NCBI GenBank assembly: GCA_051294375.1
Contig: CM119263.1
Span: 29,783,145 to 29,847,144, forward strand
Reading direction: 5' to 3'
Length of the DNA: 64,000 nt
Source: Paraspadella gotoi
Taxonomy: Eukaryota; Animalia; Chaetognatha
In this document: piece after piece, positions 1 to 53,100 of the stretch
How the letters are laid out: every line of letters starts with the position of its first letter
How positions within the stretch are numbered: the stretch's first letter is position 1
Notes under the pieces: generated by a model
The model's input: the letters and a program-made list of their open reading frames with translations, nothing else
What the model was told of the DNA's origin: nothing
The model's database searches: none
Translations under genes and position numbers: made by a program

Positions 1-9
1 TTTTTTTAG

Positions 10-39089
<39,080 letters not shown>

Positions 39090-39155
39090 TATGACTCTCT
39101 CTCTCTCTCTGTGTGTCTCTTTCTCTCTCTCTCTCTTTTCTTTTCTTGTCATTGG

Positions 39156-39450
39156 TTGACTTGACTTGACTTGACTTGACTTGACTTGACTTGACTTGAC
39201 TTGACTTGACTTGACTTGACTTACTTATTTTACTTTACTTTACTTTACTTTACTTACTTTACCTTACTTTTTTTTACTTTACTTTACTTTACTTATTTTA
39301 CTTTACTTTACTTTACTTTACTTTACTTTACTTACTTTATCTTACTTATTTTACTTTACTTTACTTTACTTTACTTTACTTTACTTATTTAACTTTATTT
39401 TACTTTACTTTACTTTACTTTACTTTACTTTACTTTACTTTACTTTATTC
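39156..39450 (+). repeat. (CTTGA)n grading into (CTTTA)n microsatellite just after the LRR stop codon
   Basis: Directly visible pentamer arrays. Confidence 0.9.
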
Positions 39451-41366
39451 AATTTTAATTTAAATATTCTTAAACTTCCTCCTTGTCTTTTTTTGAAACC
39501 TCACATGTTGCTTTTCCATCTCAATCCGGTTATTCTTTACTTTTCTCAGATTTTGAAACAAATTACCCAAAATTTCCCGTCTGGGAATGCATTATTTCAA
39601 AGTGCCGGGGTGGTCAATCTGCCGGGATGATTAAAAGTGCCGGAATAATAAAAAAAAAGTGCCGGGATGTACAATCAATTCCACTTGTTTTTCCCCTTTC
39701 ACATTTGTTGCGCTTTAATTTGTTCTGCCGACCAATCAGCGTCCCAATCAGCAAATTCCTCGACCAACCAGCGTATCGATAGTAGAATTCCCAAACCAAT
39801 CGGAATTTTAAATTCGCCCGCCAATCTATCGTTTGATATTATCAGTGCGAGTCATTGTGCTTTTTTGTTTGTTTTAAATAACCAATCGTTGCACTTTTTA
39901 TTATTTATTTTTTCAAAAGTGTTGGCGACGGCGAAGAAGACGAAAAGTAAGTCCTACCCCCCCCCGCGTTTAATGTTGCATATCAAAGATTCTTTGCACC
40001 GAATTTAATGATTAATTTCACTGATTATTTCACGATTTTTAAATAAACTTCGCCCCGCGAAATGTCACGATCATTTTCATGATATTCAAATTTTAAATGA
40101 AATACTATCATGATGCATTCACTAGTAAGGATGTCACGTATTTTCCTTATAAATCGTGCTTGATTTTATGACATGACATGATACATCATGATATATACAA
40201 TATGAATTAGCATTATGTCCTTTGTAGGTCACGATACGTTATGAAACGACAGACGTTCGGTAAAGGAACGTTATTGAAGATTTTACGAAAACTATTGTCC
40301 TGACATCGTAAAGTCGTGTAAGTCACGACATTATGTGAGATTTCACATTATCTTAGCTCCATTTTGATCACCAAAATTTTCTTTCTCTCTCTCTGTCACG
40401 AATGAAAATAAAAAAATCTCGAAACAATTTAAATTTTTTACATAAAAAAAAAAAATCATATTTTTGCCACATTTTTTTCTTTCTTATTAAAGTTTAGAGA
40501 TTTTACCCGACCATCCACGATCCTCTTTCAAAGTTTTGTTTGTTTAACTGAATCTCGATTTTGATTGATTTTAATCAAAACTAGAAAAGTTTAAATCTTT
40601 ACGACATTTTAGTAGAAAAATATTTGTGAAGCGATTTTATTTGTCACTTTTTTTTTAAAAAAGAAACTTTTGTTCATTTAGTTTGTCATTTGTTTGTATT
40701 AATGTACCTAATCTTTTATTCCCTTAGTCAGTTGTTTATTCAGTCGTTAATTCCGTAATTGTTTAAATTATTCAATAACAAATTCATTAAATGGTTGAAT
40801 TTGTTGAGTATTAAATGACAAACGGAAACCGGTAAAAGTTTAAAACACATTAAATAATTGTTTGCCAATAATGGTACTACATTGTGAAAATGTGAAAAAC
40901 AAAATTTAAAAATCTTTTTGCTTTACCGCTTAAACCTCGGAACAAATATTTTTCTACCTAGAACATCCAGTATTCAGTAAGAGGAATTGTTCTTTTGTCT
41001 TCGCCGCAATAAGTGGCATCTATATTTTTCATTACATTATTTTTCGTTGTTTAATCAGAATCGTTTTATCGCAAGTGTAATAATTATTCCTTACTTCGAA
41101 TCTGTTATCAAATTCGTATATTTTTTCTTTTGAAAAAAAAAAAGAGTTTTTTTTTTCTCCAAATTTTTTTTGTCACCGAATCGAATTTTATTCTTTCGTG
41201 TTTTTACTTGTGAGGTGTGAATAAAAAAAAATTAAAAAAAAAATTTTGAAATATTTATTTGGTCTGAATCTTAGGGAGGGAAAACATTGGAAAGATCTGT
41301 GCTCGTTTGAAAGACAGACAGACTTGTATAAAGATAACGTGAAAAAAATAAAAGAAAGTATGAAGA

Positions 41367-41593
41367 TTAATTAAATACTTATTTTCACTATGGAGAGACA
41401 GTGCATAAGAAACAAAAAAATTGTTGCCATATATTTCGACTTAATTTCTAAGTCATCATCAGTGGCTGAAAGAGACAAAACCTTTTCTTGATGATGACTT
41501 AGAAATTTAGTCGAAATATATGGGAAAAAAATTTTTAAAAATTTTGTTTCTTATGCACTGTCTTTCCATAGTGAAAAATAAGTATTTAATTAA
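41367..41593. repeat. Foldback / long inverted repeat
   Basis: ~95 bp arms (ttaattaaatacttattttcactatgga...aatttctaagtcatcatca and its reverse complement) with a ~30 nt spacer; no gap nearby. Confidence 0.8.
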
Positions 41594-42991
41594 GCATTCT
41601 ACTAGTCATGTGATCACATTAAAGCAAAGTGTGAAGATATTTTTTTGTCTTCACGCCCATGGAGACGGCGCTCGTGATTTCACCCGGACGAAGTCATCAA
41701 CGTGAGTTTCCAACAAAGAAAGTTCTTAATAAAAATATGAGACTTTTATTGTTCAGCAAAATATTCCTTCAGAAACTCGTCAATACGAAGTTTCTTCCCG
41801 ACAAAAAATCTCTCTGAAAATTGATGCGGAAGACAACTGCCCGGCGCCCGCGAAAAATGAATTGGCCCAAAAGCGGCAAAATGACGAAAAGGAGGTTACA
41901 CGAGGCAAGATATCTTTAACAGAGAGGAACCTTTAGATAAACACGAACAAACAATCTGACAAACTAGTTTTTAGAAGGCAGACTTAAAATATAAAAAAAA
42001 TACAGAAAAAAAAAAACCAAGTCAAAAAGGTAAAACAAAATCAGAGTCACACTGAAAGACAGATTATAATCGTGATTACAAAATGGCGCCAAGTGTTTCT
42101 TTGGGTCTGGAGCTAATAAGGTCATCGCGTCACTGAAGTGACCCCGACCAAGTCACTGGATCGAAGGGGGAAATTCCTTGGAACGGAGGAGACGACGACG
42201 ACGACGATGAAGACGACGACGACGACGACGACGACCCCATAACCTCGACTGTCTTCCCTCCCGAAAAATTTCCGCCGTTTTTCCTTTTTTTTTCCTTTTT
42301 TTTCTTTTTTTTTTCTCTTTACTTTTCCTTTCTCTCTTTTGTTATCTTTTTTTTTCTTTTTATCTTCTCTTCTCTTTCTACTATGCCTTTCTCAATTTTT
42401 CCACTTCCTTTCTTTCCTCCTTTCTCCCCCCTCTCTTCTCTTCTGCCAACTCTCTCCTAATTCTCCTTCCCTCCTTCCCTCCCTCAACTACCTTTTCTTA
42501 CTGCTCCCTTCTCCCCTCCCCCTCTCCTCTCTCGCTCTCCTCCTCCTTCACCTCTCCTTTCTCCTCTCCTTCTCCTCCCCCTCCTCCCTCTCCTCTCTCA
42601 TCTCCTCCTCCTCCTCTCCCTTTTTCTCTCCCTTCTCCTCCTCCTTCCCCTCCCCCTTCTCGTCCCCTCCTCCTTCTCCTCTCCCTTCTTCTCTCCCTTC
42701 CCCTCCCCCTCTCCTCTCTCGTCTCCTCCTCCTTCACCTCTCCTTTCTCCTCTCCCTTCTCCTCCCCCTCTCCTCTCTCGTCCCCTCCTCCTTCTCCTCT
42801 CCTTCTCTCTCCTCCTCTCTCTCCTCTCTCTCTCTCCTCTCTCCCCTTCCCCTCCCCTTCTCTCTTCCGTCTCCTCCCATTCTCCCTCATTCACTTTTCC
42901 ACCCAATCGCTTCCGGCTCCATAGTTTCTCGAATTGGTTTGTGTTTGATTGCAGATAACTGTACCCCCTTTTTGATTTATCGCCTGTTTTA

Positions 42992-43064
<73 letters not shown>

Positions 43065-44707
43065 ATCTTTCTCTCTCTCTCTCTCCCCCTTTACCTCATT
43101 ATGCTTTTTTTTAACTCCCGCTTTGCTTTTTTGAGAATCTTTCTTTTTCTTCTTTTCTTATCATCGTTTCTACAGTTCACTCACTTTATCTCTCAAAAAC
43201 TACACAGACTAAACTACTACTTAACTAGACTAGATTAACTACAAAGTAAATAAACTACAAAGACTATGAACTGTGAAGGAACCTTTAAGCTTGCTTGTTC
43301 CCCTTATGTTATTATCTTCTTTGAGGAATGGACGTCTAAACCGACTATAGCCGGTCCAAAGTCTGAAGTAAAGATTGGCTATTTATTAAATCCATGTTTA
43401 ATTTTAAAATATTATTTAGTGCAAAAATGATAGATATAAAAAGGTAAATAAATAAGAATGTATTTTCTGTTGTATATATACTTATTGTATATTTATGACC
43501 CTGTAACAGAAATTGATATCATTATTCGCTTTTTCGTCTGCAGATCATAAGAGTACCGGGTAGGGCAAGAAAGATTTTTCGAGATTTGTTTAAAACTTTA
43601 AATGGCGCAACCCTATTTAGCTAAGTCTTCAAAAAGTCGTAGACTTTACTTAAAAAAAAGATCCGAATTCCCAAAATTTATTTTAGGTTTTTGTTTGACA
43701 TAAAAAAAGAAAATTTTCTTTCAAAAGTCAAACTTTCTTAAAAATGTCTGAAGTTTTTTCTATTGTCTTCTTGTCTTTTCTTTTTTGATGTGAATTGTCG
43801 GTGAAAAAATTTAAAAAGTTTTTAGTTTTAATTTTTTTTAAATATTGTGTTTGTAAATAATCATTGACGTTAAGGTATTTTGATTGAACAAACAAAATGT
43901 CAAGAAAATTTCTTTAAAATAAAAAAAAATTAAATTAAGTCAAATGTCACGTTAAAGTTAAATTAAACGGTCAGTTAAATGGTTATTCATGCATTAATTC
44001 TTTCTCTATTTCTTTCATTCATTCATTCTTTCATGCAGTTCAACATTTATTATTTAAATTTTTAATTTTATTATTAATTTATTTGATCTTTGATGCTACC
44101 AACTATCCATATTCATTCACTTTTTAAAAATTACATCCATTTTTTCTTTCCCTTAAATTCAATTATTCACCGATTTAATTATTAATTTTCATTCTTAAAA
44201 AAACCAAAGAATGGTCAATTCATAACATTCTCTCTTAACCTATTCACAAATCGAAGTCATATGTATTTATTCCGTCGAATCAAAAAAAACTTTGATCGAA
44301 TTAATCACGAAATTCAAATAAACTTCACTCGTCAAGTCACCTACCCAACCCCGTCTTCACGTCACCTCGCCTTACCTTTTTCCCGTCGAAAAGAAAATCT
44401 CACCTTTTCTTTATTGAACAATTACCGGGCGATTCACACGGCGTGAAAGAAAAGTAAAATATTAGTGATTATATAAGGAATTAGTTTTTTGTTATGAAAT
44501 ATTTTTAAAAAGTTTTCATCATCTTTGGGTCAATTTTTGATCGAGGCATGAACTTAAAAGTTATAACCCTGAATATTTTTGTACTGAAAAATTAGTTCAA
44601 ATCAAGCGTTTCGGATCACCCTGTACCCTTGACGCCCCTATTATGCGCGCGCGACAATGACCGACCGACCGACCAAACTCTGTTTTTATTCCCTACAGAT
44701 TTTCGCC

Positions 44708-44715
44708 TATAAAAG
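44708..44715 (+). promoter_or_regulatory. Putative TATA box of Cys-rich paralog A
   Basis: gccTATAAAAG about 105 nt upstream of ATG 44814; the same context occurs upstream of paralog B. Confidence 0.55.
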
Positions 44716-44813
44716 AATCGGGGGTTTTCCTTCTGTCGTTCGCCTTTTTTTTCTTAGACGAAACTTTAATTATTTTTTTTCCAAGTTGTTAAAAAAAAAT
44801 CAGAAAAAGAGAA

Positions 44814-47800
44814 ATGTTGTTGCCTGCGATTTTTTTTTTGGTGGCGGCCGCGTCCGTGGAAGGGTTGTCCATCAAACCCCCGGGTTAGTATCAAGCACGT
44901 TTTGTTTTAACGAAAATTAATTACTCAAAGGCCTACGATATGTAAATGTTAAATCAATAAACCATGTATACTTAGATAAAATCGGAACAACCAATAAAAA
45001 AAATCAATAGGCTATCTTGCCCCGGACGTTGAACGGGCGTTGGTAAGCCTCCATCCCTGATCGGCATGATTCGCAAATTATATTAGAATGTACTGCATTG
45101 AACAAACGATTGTAGTTTGCTGATTAAAAACTTAACTGTAAAAAGTAAACGCTCAACTAGATTTACTTTTACAATATATATCATATATACAATATATGTA
45201 TCACTTTATAAGATAAAATATGTTTTTCTTTCCCCCCGCAACAGTTCAGTGCGAATGCCCGCCTCTCAAGCCAATGACCTGCAAGAAGGGACAGAGATTG
45301 GACACTTTCAAAGCAGATGACGTTTGCGGATGCAAACTCCAACGTTGCCTCTGGGTTGTCTGTCCTGAGCCTAGTCATCCTAAATGCGGGTCAGATGACA
45401 TTGATTAACCATAGTTTTTTATATTATATTAAAATTTAATCATAAGTTTTTAATTTAAGATATCGTTTGATTGTTTGTTAAAGCCGAGGTAACATGTAGT
45501 TGAAGTAAAGATTGTGAGACCATAGAACTGAGAGATTGCACGGAGTTTGTTCAAAATAAATTAGAGTTCATTGAATAAATCAATGAATTAATTCAATATT
45601 GCATTTCTATTTGGGTAAATCAAAATTTGGAATGATAATACGTGATAATTAATCAATCAATCAATACCAATCATCATAATCATCCCCTATTTTCAATCAA
45701 TCAATCAGAAAATGTGAAACCTTGATCGAAGTCGACAATTGTGGCTGCAAGGATTTCCAATGCGTGAAGGTGGCACCTGATCACTGCCCCGTGAAGAAAG
45801 TCAATTGCAAAGATTGCGAGGAAATCCAACAGTACAAGGACGATTGCGGCTGCCAAGAAGATCATTGCATTCCGCTGCCGCCGCCGCCGTCCCGCTGCGG
45901 AAACTGCAGCGCCTGCGAGCATTGCGTAGAGATGAGTGTCATGATCAAAAAGTAAGTCTCCTTGGTCGGCCTTATTTTCCCAGAACGACTACATTTCTTA
46001 AATTCTAAATTAAGTTAATTTTTTTAGAATTAAAATTTAAGTGGGAGGTTAGGGATAGGAAATAAATTAAGGATAAGGTTAGTGATTTTGGTTAGGGATT
46101 TGGTTAGTAATTAAGGTTAGGGTTAAGGGTTAGAGTTATAAGTTTAAAAGCATGTCTCGGTTAAATATTAAAGTTGTATTCTGATCCTTTCGTTTTATTG
46201 TGTTTTGAGATTTAAATATTAAAGTTAAAATTAAAATTTTGGATAAAGGAACAGAAATGAGGCGCTTCTGTAAAAAAGAGCAAATTGCTAAAGACAGACC
46301 CCATGAAGTACTTTGGCTCAAAACGATTCCCTTACCCTTCTCACTCCCCAGGTGCCCAATGAAGGAAGGCGTGTGCCAGGCCAAGGAATGTCCCAAAATG
46401 AAGGAGATCAATTGCGATTTCGATTGCGAATTTCCCGAAGTCCAGATGGACCAATGCGGCTGCCCCAAGATGATCTGCAAGAAGATCCCATCCGACGAGA
46501 AGCCTCCCCAGTGTGAAGAGTGCGAAGTTGCCCACAAGATTCTCAACAAGAAATGCGGCACCACCCACTACGAATGCGGCAAGAAGAAAGTGAGTTATTA
46601 GCTTGGGAAAGAAAATTGGGCAACATTTTTTTTTCTCTTTTATTTCCTTTTATTATATTTTTATCTTGCTACTTTACTGTATTTGTTAATGTATTCTTAT
46701 TTCTTTTTCTTATTCTAATATATAAAAATACTGACGATATAGCAAAGTAAAAAAACATTAATAATATATATATATATATTGCATAAGTAAAATGCACCAT
46801 TTATAGATATTTAAAATCTGACTTGAGCAATTATTATATATATATTATTATATACATATCAACTTCCTTCAAAATCTCTCATTTGAACCTAATATACTAG
46901 TATAAATCAATAATAATCTAATCAATACTCTCTCCAGTGCCCAGCTGCCAAGAAAGGCAAAGAAATTTGCTACGAGGAGACGAAACCGGACAAATGCGGT
47001 TGTTTGACTCTTCGCCGCAAGCAATGTCAGTTGGTGCCTGCGGGAAAATGTCCGCCTGAAACCGCGCCCATGGACGGAACTGACATGTGCTCTTGCCCGC
47101 ATCAAATCTGTGTCCCTTGCGACGAGTGAGTCTACTTTTTTCCTGCAATTAATTATTATTGGTTATAGTTAATTAATTATTTTACACAATGCTGGATATT
47201 TTCTTTTGTTTGGGGACCAGGGTTTGAATTTTGAATGATTAGTTTTCTATTTTTTTAAAAGATTTTATATAAAATATCTATTTAATAATATTTATCATTT
47301 CAGGATGTACGAAAAGGCTGAGTGTAAACAATGTGAGATCCCAGTCAACGTGACAGCGGCCGATGGAATTTGCACTCAGACCGTTTGCGTGCGCGATCCC
47401 AACTGCGACATTTGTGAGTATAAATAGTAATTAATTATTAATAATGAAAAAAATTAAATATAATTTAACAATAAATAAACAATAAACTTAGGCCAATTTT
47501 TTTTTAAAATAACGTGTAGTCTGGAAGAATAAAAACGTGGTTTCAAAACCTGTTAAATCAGGAATTATAATCAAATAAATTTTTTTGCTTGAAAATTAGA
47601 TTTTTTTGGCTATTTAGTTAGTTTAATATCGATTATGATACTTTTTTAAAATATTTGCAATAAGGCTCTGCGTTGGAGGCTCTCAACAAACACCGGAAAT
47701 GCGGCAAATGCCAGACTCTAAAGAGTGCCAACGTCCACGTGACCGAAGACCAATCCTGCCCCATCAAAATCTGCCAGAACGACAACACCCTGCCCGGTTG

Positions 47801-48993
47801 CAACAAATGCGCCAAGCCCGTCGAGCCCAAGTGCAAGAAGTGCCAGAAAATTATGACTGTCAAGGACGCCAATCACGTGAGAATGAATTTTCACAATTGA
47901 TATGATATATAGTGAAGCGATTTATCATCTATGATTTTTTTTAAATTAATTCGATTATTCCTCATCTTGACTACATTAAAAATTAACTTAAAAAGTTGAA
48001 CCTTTTTCTTCTCCGCAGTGCGAGACCAAGATCTGCGTTGCGGACAACAAGCCCGGCTGCATCCAATGCCCGACGTTCGAACCCAAAAAATGCCCCAACA
48101 AATGTCAGAAGCCGCTCATCACTCAGGCTCATGGGGTCAGTTGAGGGAGTTGGGATTTATTGTGTTGTCCAAAAGTAATTTCTATTCCTTCTTATCATTA
48201 TTTTTAAGCTGGTTTATTCTTTATCTGTAAGCCTGACAGGGGTTTGTTGGTTTGTTTTTTCATGGTAGTGTTGATAACTTACAGTTTATACTTTTATCCT
48301 TTCGTCATTCACGTTTTTCCAGTGCAAAGTATCGGTCTGCGTCCACAAAGCGGCGAAGGATTGTGCGGCAAAGAAACCAGTGTGCAAACCTTGTGAAGAA
48401 CTCAAAGTGCACAAAGGTGAGTCACATTGAAACCAGTGTGCAAACCTTGTGAAGAACTCAAAGTGCACAAAGGTTAGTCACATTGAAACCAGTGTGCAAA
48501 CCTTGTGAGGAACTCAAAGTGCACAAAGGTGAGTCACATTGAAAACATTACTTAAAATCCACTGGAAGTATTTTCTATTAAGAGCTAAGCAGTTCTAATT
48601 ACGACGACAATGTCATTAGAATTGGTTTCAATTCTTGAAATAGTATTTTTATTGACAAGCCACAAATGGAATTTCTATTTCAGACGAGTGCGGCTGCAAT
48701 GTCTACTCTTGCGGCAAGAAGCCTTGTCCCCCCGAGGACCAAATTCCAGATTGTCCAGAAGGTACTTAATAGGTTTCAAAATTCATTCTTCTAAATTATC
48801 TTGATTTATTTATTTTTTACAATATTTACGTAATTTACCATCAGGCCAAACTCTAACGCCTGCCGTCAGCGGCTGCCGTTGCCCGACTTGGGATTGCGTC
48901 GACCCCAAGGAAATCTGCAAGACGACGACACCGTTTCCGCACAAGCCGACGCCCGCGCCGCACAAGCCGACGCCGGCGAAACCTGTCGCTTAA
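44814..48993 (+). CDS. Secreted cysteine-rich repeat protein, paralog A (11 exons)
   Basis: Exons 44814-44883 (signal peptide MLLPAIFFLVAAASVEG), 45245-45389, 45709-45951, 46352-46589, 46938-47125, 47304-47413, 47665-47876, 48019-48135, 48323-48416, 48684-48761, 48845-48993 (TAA). All GT-AG with consistent phases. Recurrent C-x2/3-C...D-x-C-G-C-x4-C modules, Cys/Lys/Pro rich; ends in HKPTPAPHKPTPAKPVA. AATAAA at 49065. Confidence 0.9.
48373..48544 (+). repeat. 56-bp triplication of exon end plus donor
   Basis: gaaaccagtgtgcaaaccttgtgaagaactcaaagtgcacaaag|gtgagtcacatt at 48373, 48429 and 48485. Confidence 0.9.
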
Positions 48994-50066
48994 ATGTTAA
49001 ATTCAGATACTCTGATTCCGATATCCTTAATAAAAATGGACGCAATTTTTTAAAATCGCGATGAAATAAAATTAATGAATAAAGCAATTTGCCCACAGTG
49101 CACGAAATATTCTTTAATTTTTTAACGCCCGTTCTGATAATTTAATTGATGAGACAATAGAGAAATTTCGAGATAGATATAATCAGTCGCAGTCAGGAAA
49201 CAAGATAGCTTAATAATTCAATAAATGGATAATTTTTACATTGATCTTGCAAATGATATGAAAACTGAGAATCTTGTTTCGTCCCAGACTAAAAAGAGGA
49301 CGACATATGTCATTCATATGAAATTCAAAATTAAGCTTTTTAATACTTTTCTTACCTAAATCATGGGGTATTAACTCTCTAAAAAAAGTTTTATTCGTAA
49401 CCCAAGACTACCTCGCTGAACATTTTTTTTGACATTTCGCGATACTTTATATAAATACTCTGTTATTACTTACCTTTTTCTAAGATTTTTTCACAATACT
49501 TATAATCCGTTGCTTATTTCTAATAAAGCTCCGCCTTAAATTCATGCTCATCAAACAAACGGAACACCTTTGAAAAACATCTAAAAATAGCCTCACTAAA
49601 AGTATTTTTTAAATTAAGTGGAATATGGGTGGTCTTGGAGTTGTTTAAAATGTCAAGTATGAAACGAAAACTTGATCTGTTCTTATTTGTCATTATTCTA
49701 ATGCAGACTGACAAAATAAAATAAGTAAGAATAAGACACAGACAGATCAATAGGTATTAAGTAGCTTTGAAAAATTTATTCAAAAAAATAACACTAAAAG
49801 TCACTCTTGTTTGCCATTAAAATAAGCAATATTCACAGATGTGTGCTCAGTAGATCGAGGTCTCTGAACTTTAGGTCAGAAGATTATCCAAGCCGGGGTC
49901 TTTTAAATCGATAGTAGGAAAACAAACATATATATCGAGAAAGACGCACCTTAACTTCATTTCAAGAGAAAAAAAAAGAATTAAAAAAACAAACATAAGA
50001 TCATGTATTTTTTTAAATTTTTGCTGTGATTTCCACTCAAGAGGTCGGTCGCGCAAAATTGGTGCC

Positions 50067-50075
50067 TATAAAAAG
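50067..50075 (+). promoter_or_regulatory. Putative TATA box of Cys-rich paralog B
   Basis: gccTATAAAAAG about 103 nt upstream of ATG 50170; position conserved between paralogs. Confidence 0.55.
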
Positions 50076-50169
50076 ATTAGGAGAAAATCTCTGCCTGACT
50101 TTTGTCGAAATCTCAAGTCGACCGAAATCTTTCACCGATATACAATAATTTAAAATAAAAAAACGAAAT

Positions 50170-53100
50170 ATGTTATCTATTTTATTGATAGTGGTCGCCA
50201 CGGTGGGGGTGGAAGGATTGACGGTTCCTCCTGAAAAACCCCCTGGTAAGGTTAGAAGGGAGGTCTGGGCAAGTCTGACTGAGGTAAGTCTGAAATGGTG
50301 ATAATAATGAGATGAAGAAGCCATGGTCATGTCTGTGAAAGGATTTCCACGGGAAATTAGTTTGTTGAAGGTTAAAGATTATAATTAATTGTGGCATTTT
50401 TAAAGTTCAGAAAAGAATAAAATGAAATTATTCTTTTTGTATCTCACGCCTTTTTTCAATAGTGGTATGAAATTGGTACGACCAATATAAATTATATAAT
50501 TTATTTAATAAATAAGCTATCTTACCCCTGACGTTGGACAGGCTTTGTTGGTTTAAGGGCTCCATCACTCTTATGAGATAATGACATAGAAGGTCCCTGC
50601 AAGCTTTCAATCAAGACTCTCTCACAGTCTCTATTTCATTTTCATCAGTTCAGTGCGAATGCCCGCCACTCAAACACATCACGTGCAAAGAGGGACAGAA
50701 GTTGGACACATTCAAAGCCGACAACATCTGTGGATGCAAAGTTCAACGCTGCCTTTGGATCGTTTGTCCCAAACCCAGTCATCCTAAATGCAAGTAAGTT
50801 AAAATGGAATGAGAAGTAAGTTCAAGGGGGAAGACTTAGAAAGACTCCTTATGCAACCCTTTTATGCTATCGTGATACTAAACGTATTTTAAATTCGACT
50901 GGTAATTCAAAATATCAAAACAAATGATATAAGTTANNNNNNNNNNTGAGATTTATATTAACATTGACTGGTAAGAGGGACAGAAAGATTATAATTGTTA
51001 TTATAACAACAGCAGAGTTAATATTTTTTTCCAAATCACAGAAAGTGTGAATCCTTGATCGAGGTAGACAACTGTGGTTGCAAAGACTTTGAATGCGTTG
51101 CAACATTCCCGGACCATTGTCCCGTGACTAAAGTTGCCTGCAATGAGTGCCAAGAGATCAAGCAGACCAAGGACGATTGTGGATGCCAAGTGGACAAATG
51201 CGTCAACCTCTCATTGGGCATATCTCAATGTCACAAATGCAACAAATGTCAAGAATGTGTCAGCGTCAGTATTGGACCCAAGGGGTTAGTGATGAAAATC
51301 CTTCCACGTTGAGAAATGTTAAATGTTAAATGTTAAAATAAAATGTCAGCGGGTCAAATGATAGAATTGTTTTTTTTTCAGTTGTGGCTTCACAGAGACA
51401 ACCTGTCAGAAAAAAATGTGTCCCAAGATGGAAGAGAAAAATTGCGATTTCGATTGCGAATATCCCGACGTCGTTATGGACGACTGTGGATGCCCCAAGG
51501 TGGTCTGCAAGAAGTTCACTTCTGTGGTGGAGCCGCCAACGTGCTCGGAATGCGAAGTCGTGAAGAAGATCGTCAATCATAAATGCGGAACTTATGATTG
51601 GAAATGTGAGAGAAAAGACGTAAGTTGATGAGAGAAGGAGAGAAGCTTCAAGGGTTCAGGAGTAATGAGGAATGAAAGTATTGTAATAATAATTAATGTC
51701 TCTTCAGTATCTATTTTAATTAGTTGCGCCGCGAGTACTCGCGGAGCAAATCTATAAGTAACTTTTTGGTCGGTATGTTCGTCCGGCGCTATGTCCCACT
51801 TTCATTAAAAATGCACATAATTTTTTTATAGTTAGTTGCTCATTTGTTAAGACAGAAAAAAAAAACTAAAATCTAAGGGACTGCTAGGGCCGCCTTTAGG
51901 AAATCCTAAAACTATAAAAAATAAAAGATGGAATTCCGATGCAGCGCGAGTCGTAAATACACAGGCTAAGAAAGTGATTGTAGTCGTGAAAATAAAGTCA
52001 CTGCGGCGCAACACATTGGATGAACCGATCTTGTTTTATTATAATTTTTTTTTTTATTAGAAACAATTGTTATGCAAGAATTTTTTTTTCAGTGCCGCAA
52101 AGCTCCAAGGCACAAGGATATTTGCTACGAAGAGCAAGAAAACCATGATAAATGCGACTGTCCGGTTTACAGACGCCGGAGATGTCAAGTGGTGCCCGCT
52201 GGAAAATGTCCCACACAAACGGCGCCGATGGATGGTAGTGATATGTGTGGCTGTCCACACCAAATCTGCGTTCCTTGTGAAGAGTAAGACAACCTTTCTG
52301 GCCCGTATTTGTCTTTTTATTCTTACTCTCTTTTTTTATAATTTTTTTTTAACTCATTAGGATGTATGAAACTCCCGACTGCAAGGAATGTGAGCTTCCA
52401 GTCAACGTGACGGCGGCCGACGGAGTTTGCAAGCAGACCGTGTGTGTACAGGATCCTGAGTGCAGCCTGTGTAAGACAACACTACTTTGCAGTTTTAACT
52501 ATTTCAAACATCAAACTCAAAATGATAACTTTGTCCTCTTAGGTTCTGAACTGGAAAATCTAAATGAGGACAAGAAATGTGACACTTGTGAGAAATTAGT
52601 TGAATCATCAGTCAAAGTCACGGAAGAAAAAACCTGTTCTGTTAAAGTCTGTCGCCATGACGACAGATTGCCCGGTTGCAGCAAATGTCCTGAGATCAAA
52701 GAACCAGAATGCAAGAAGTGCATGAAGCCTCAGAGTTTTAATGATTCTAACAATGTGAGTAATTAGTGGATGAAAACTGTTCTAATAAAAACATTTAAAT
52801 TAGTTTAAACACCAATACTATGTTACCAAATTAATTGAAAATTTTTAAAATTTAATTTTCACAGCTAATATCGTATCCTAAACCTTTTTTTCTACTTATG
52901 AATAAAGCTATTATTTACATTTCAAATTTACATTTAGTGCGAAGTCAAAATGTGTGTCCCATCTGACGATCTCGATTGCTTCAAGCCCCATCCTTGCCCG
53001 ACGCCAAAACCGACCATTTGCTTAAACAAGTGCAAAAAACCGACCGTTATTAAAGCCAACGGAGTTAGTAATTTCAAATGCTTGTGTTTCTTCGTACTTT

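Noticed and set aside
42339-43238. Long ORFs such as this 299 aa one, 2033-2809 and 33594-34226
   Set aside because: Translations of CT/AG/GAC low-complexity tracts with no splice or homology support.
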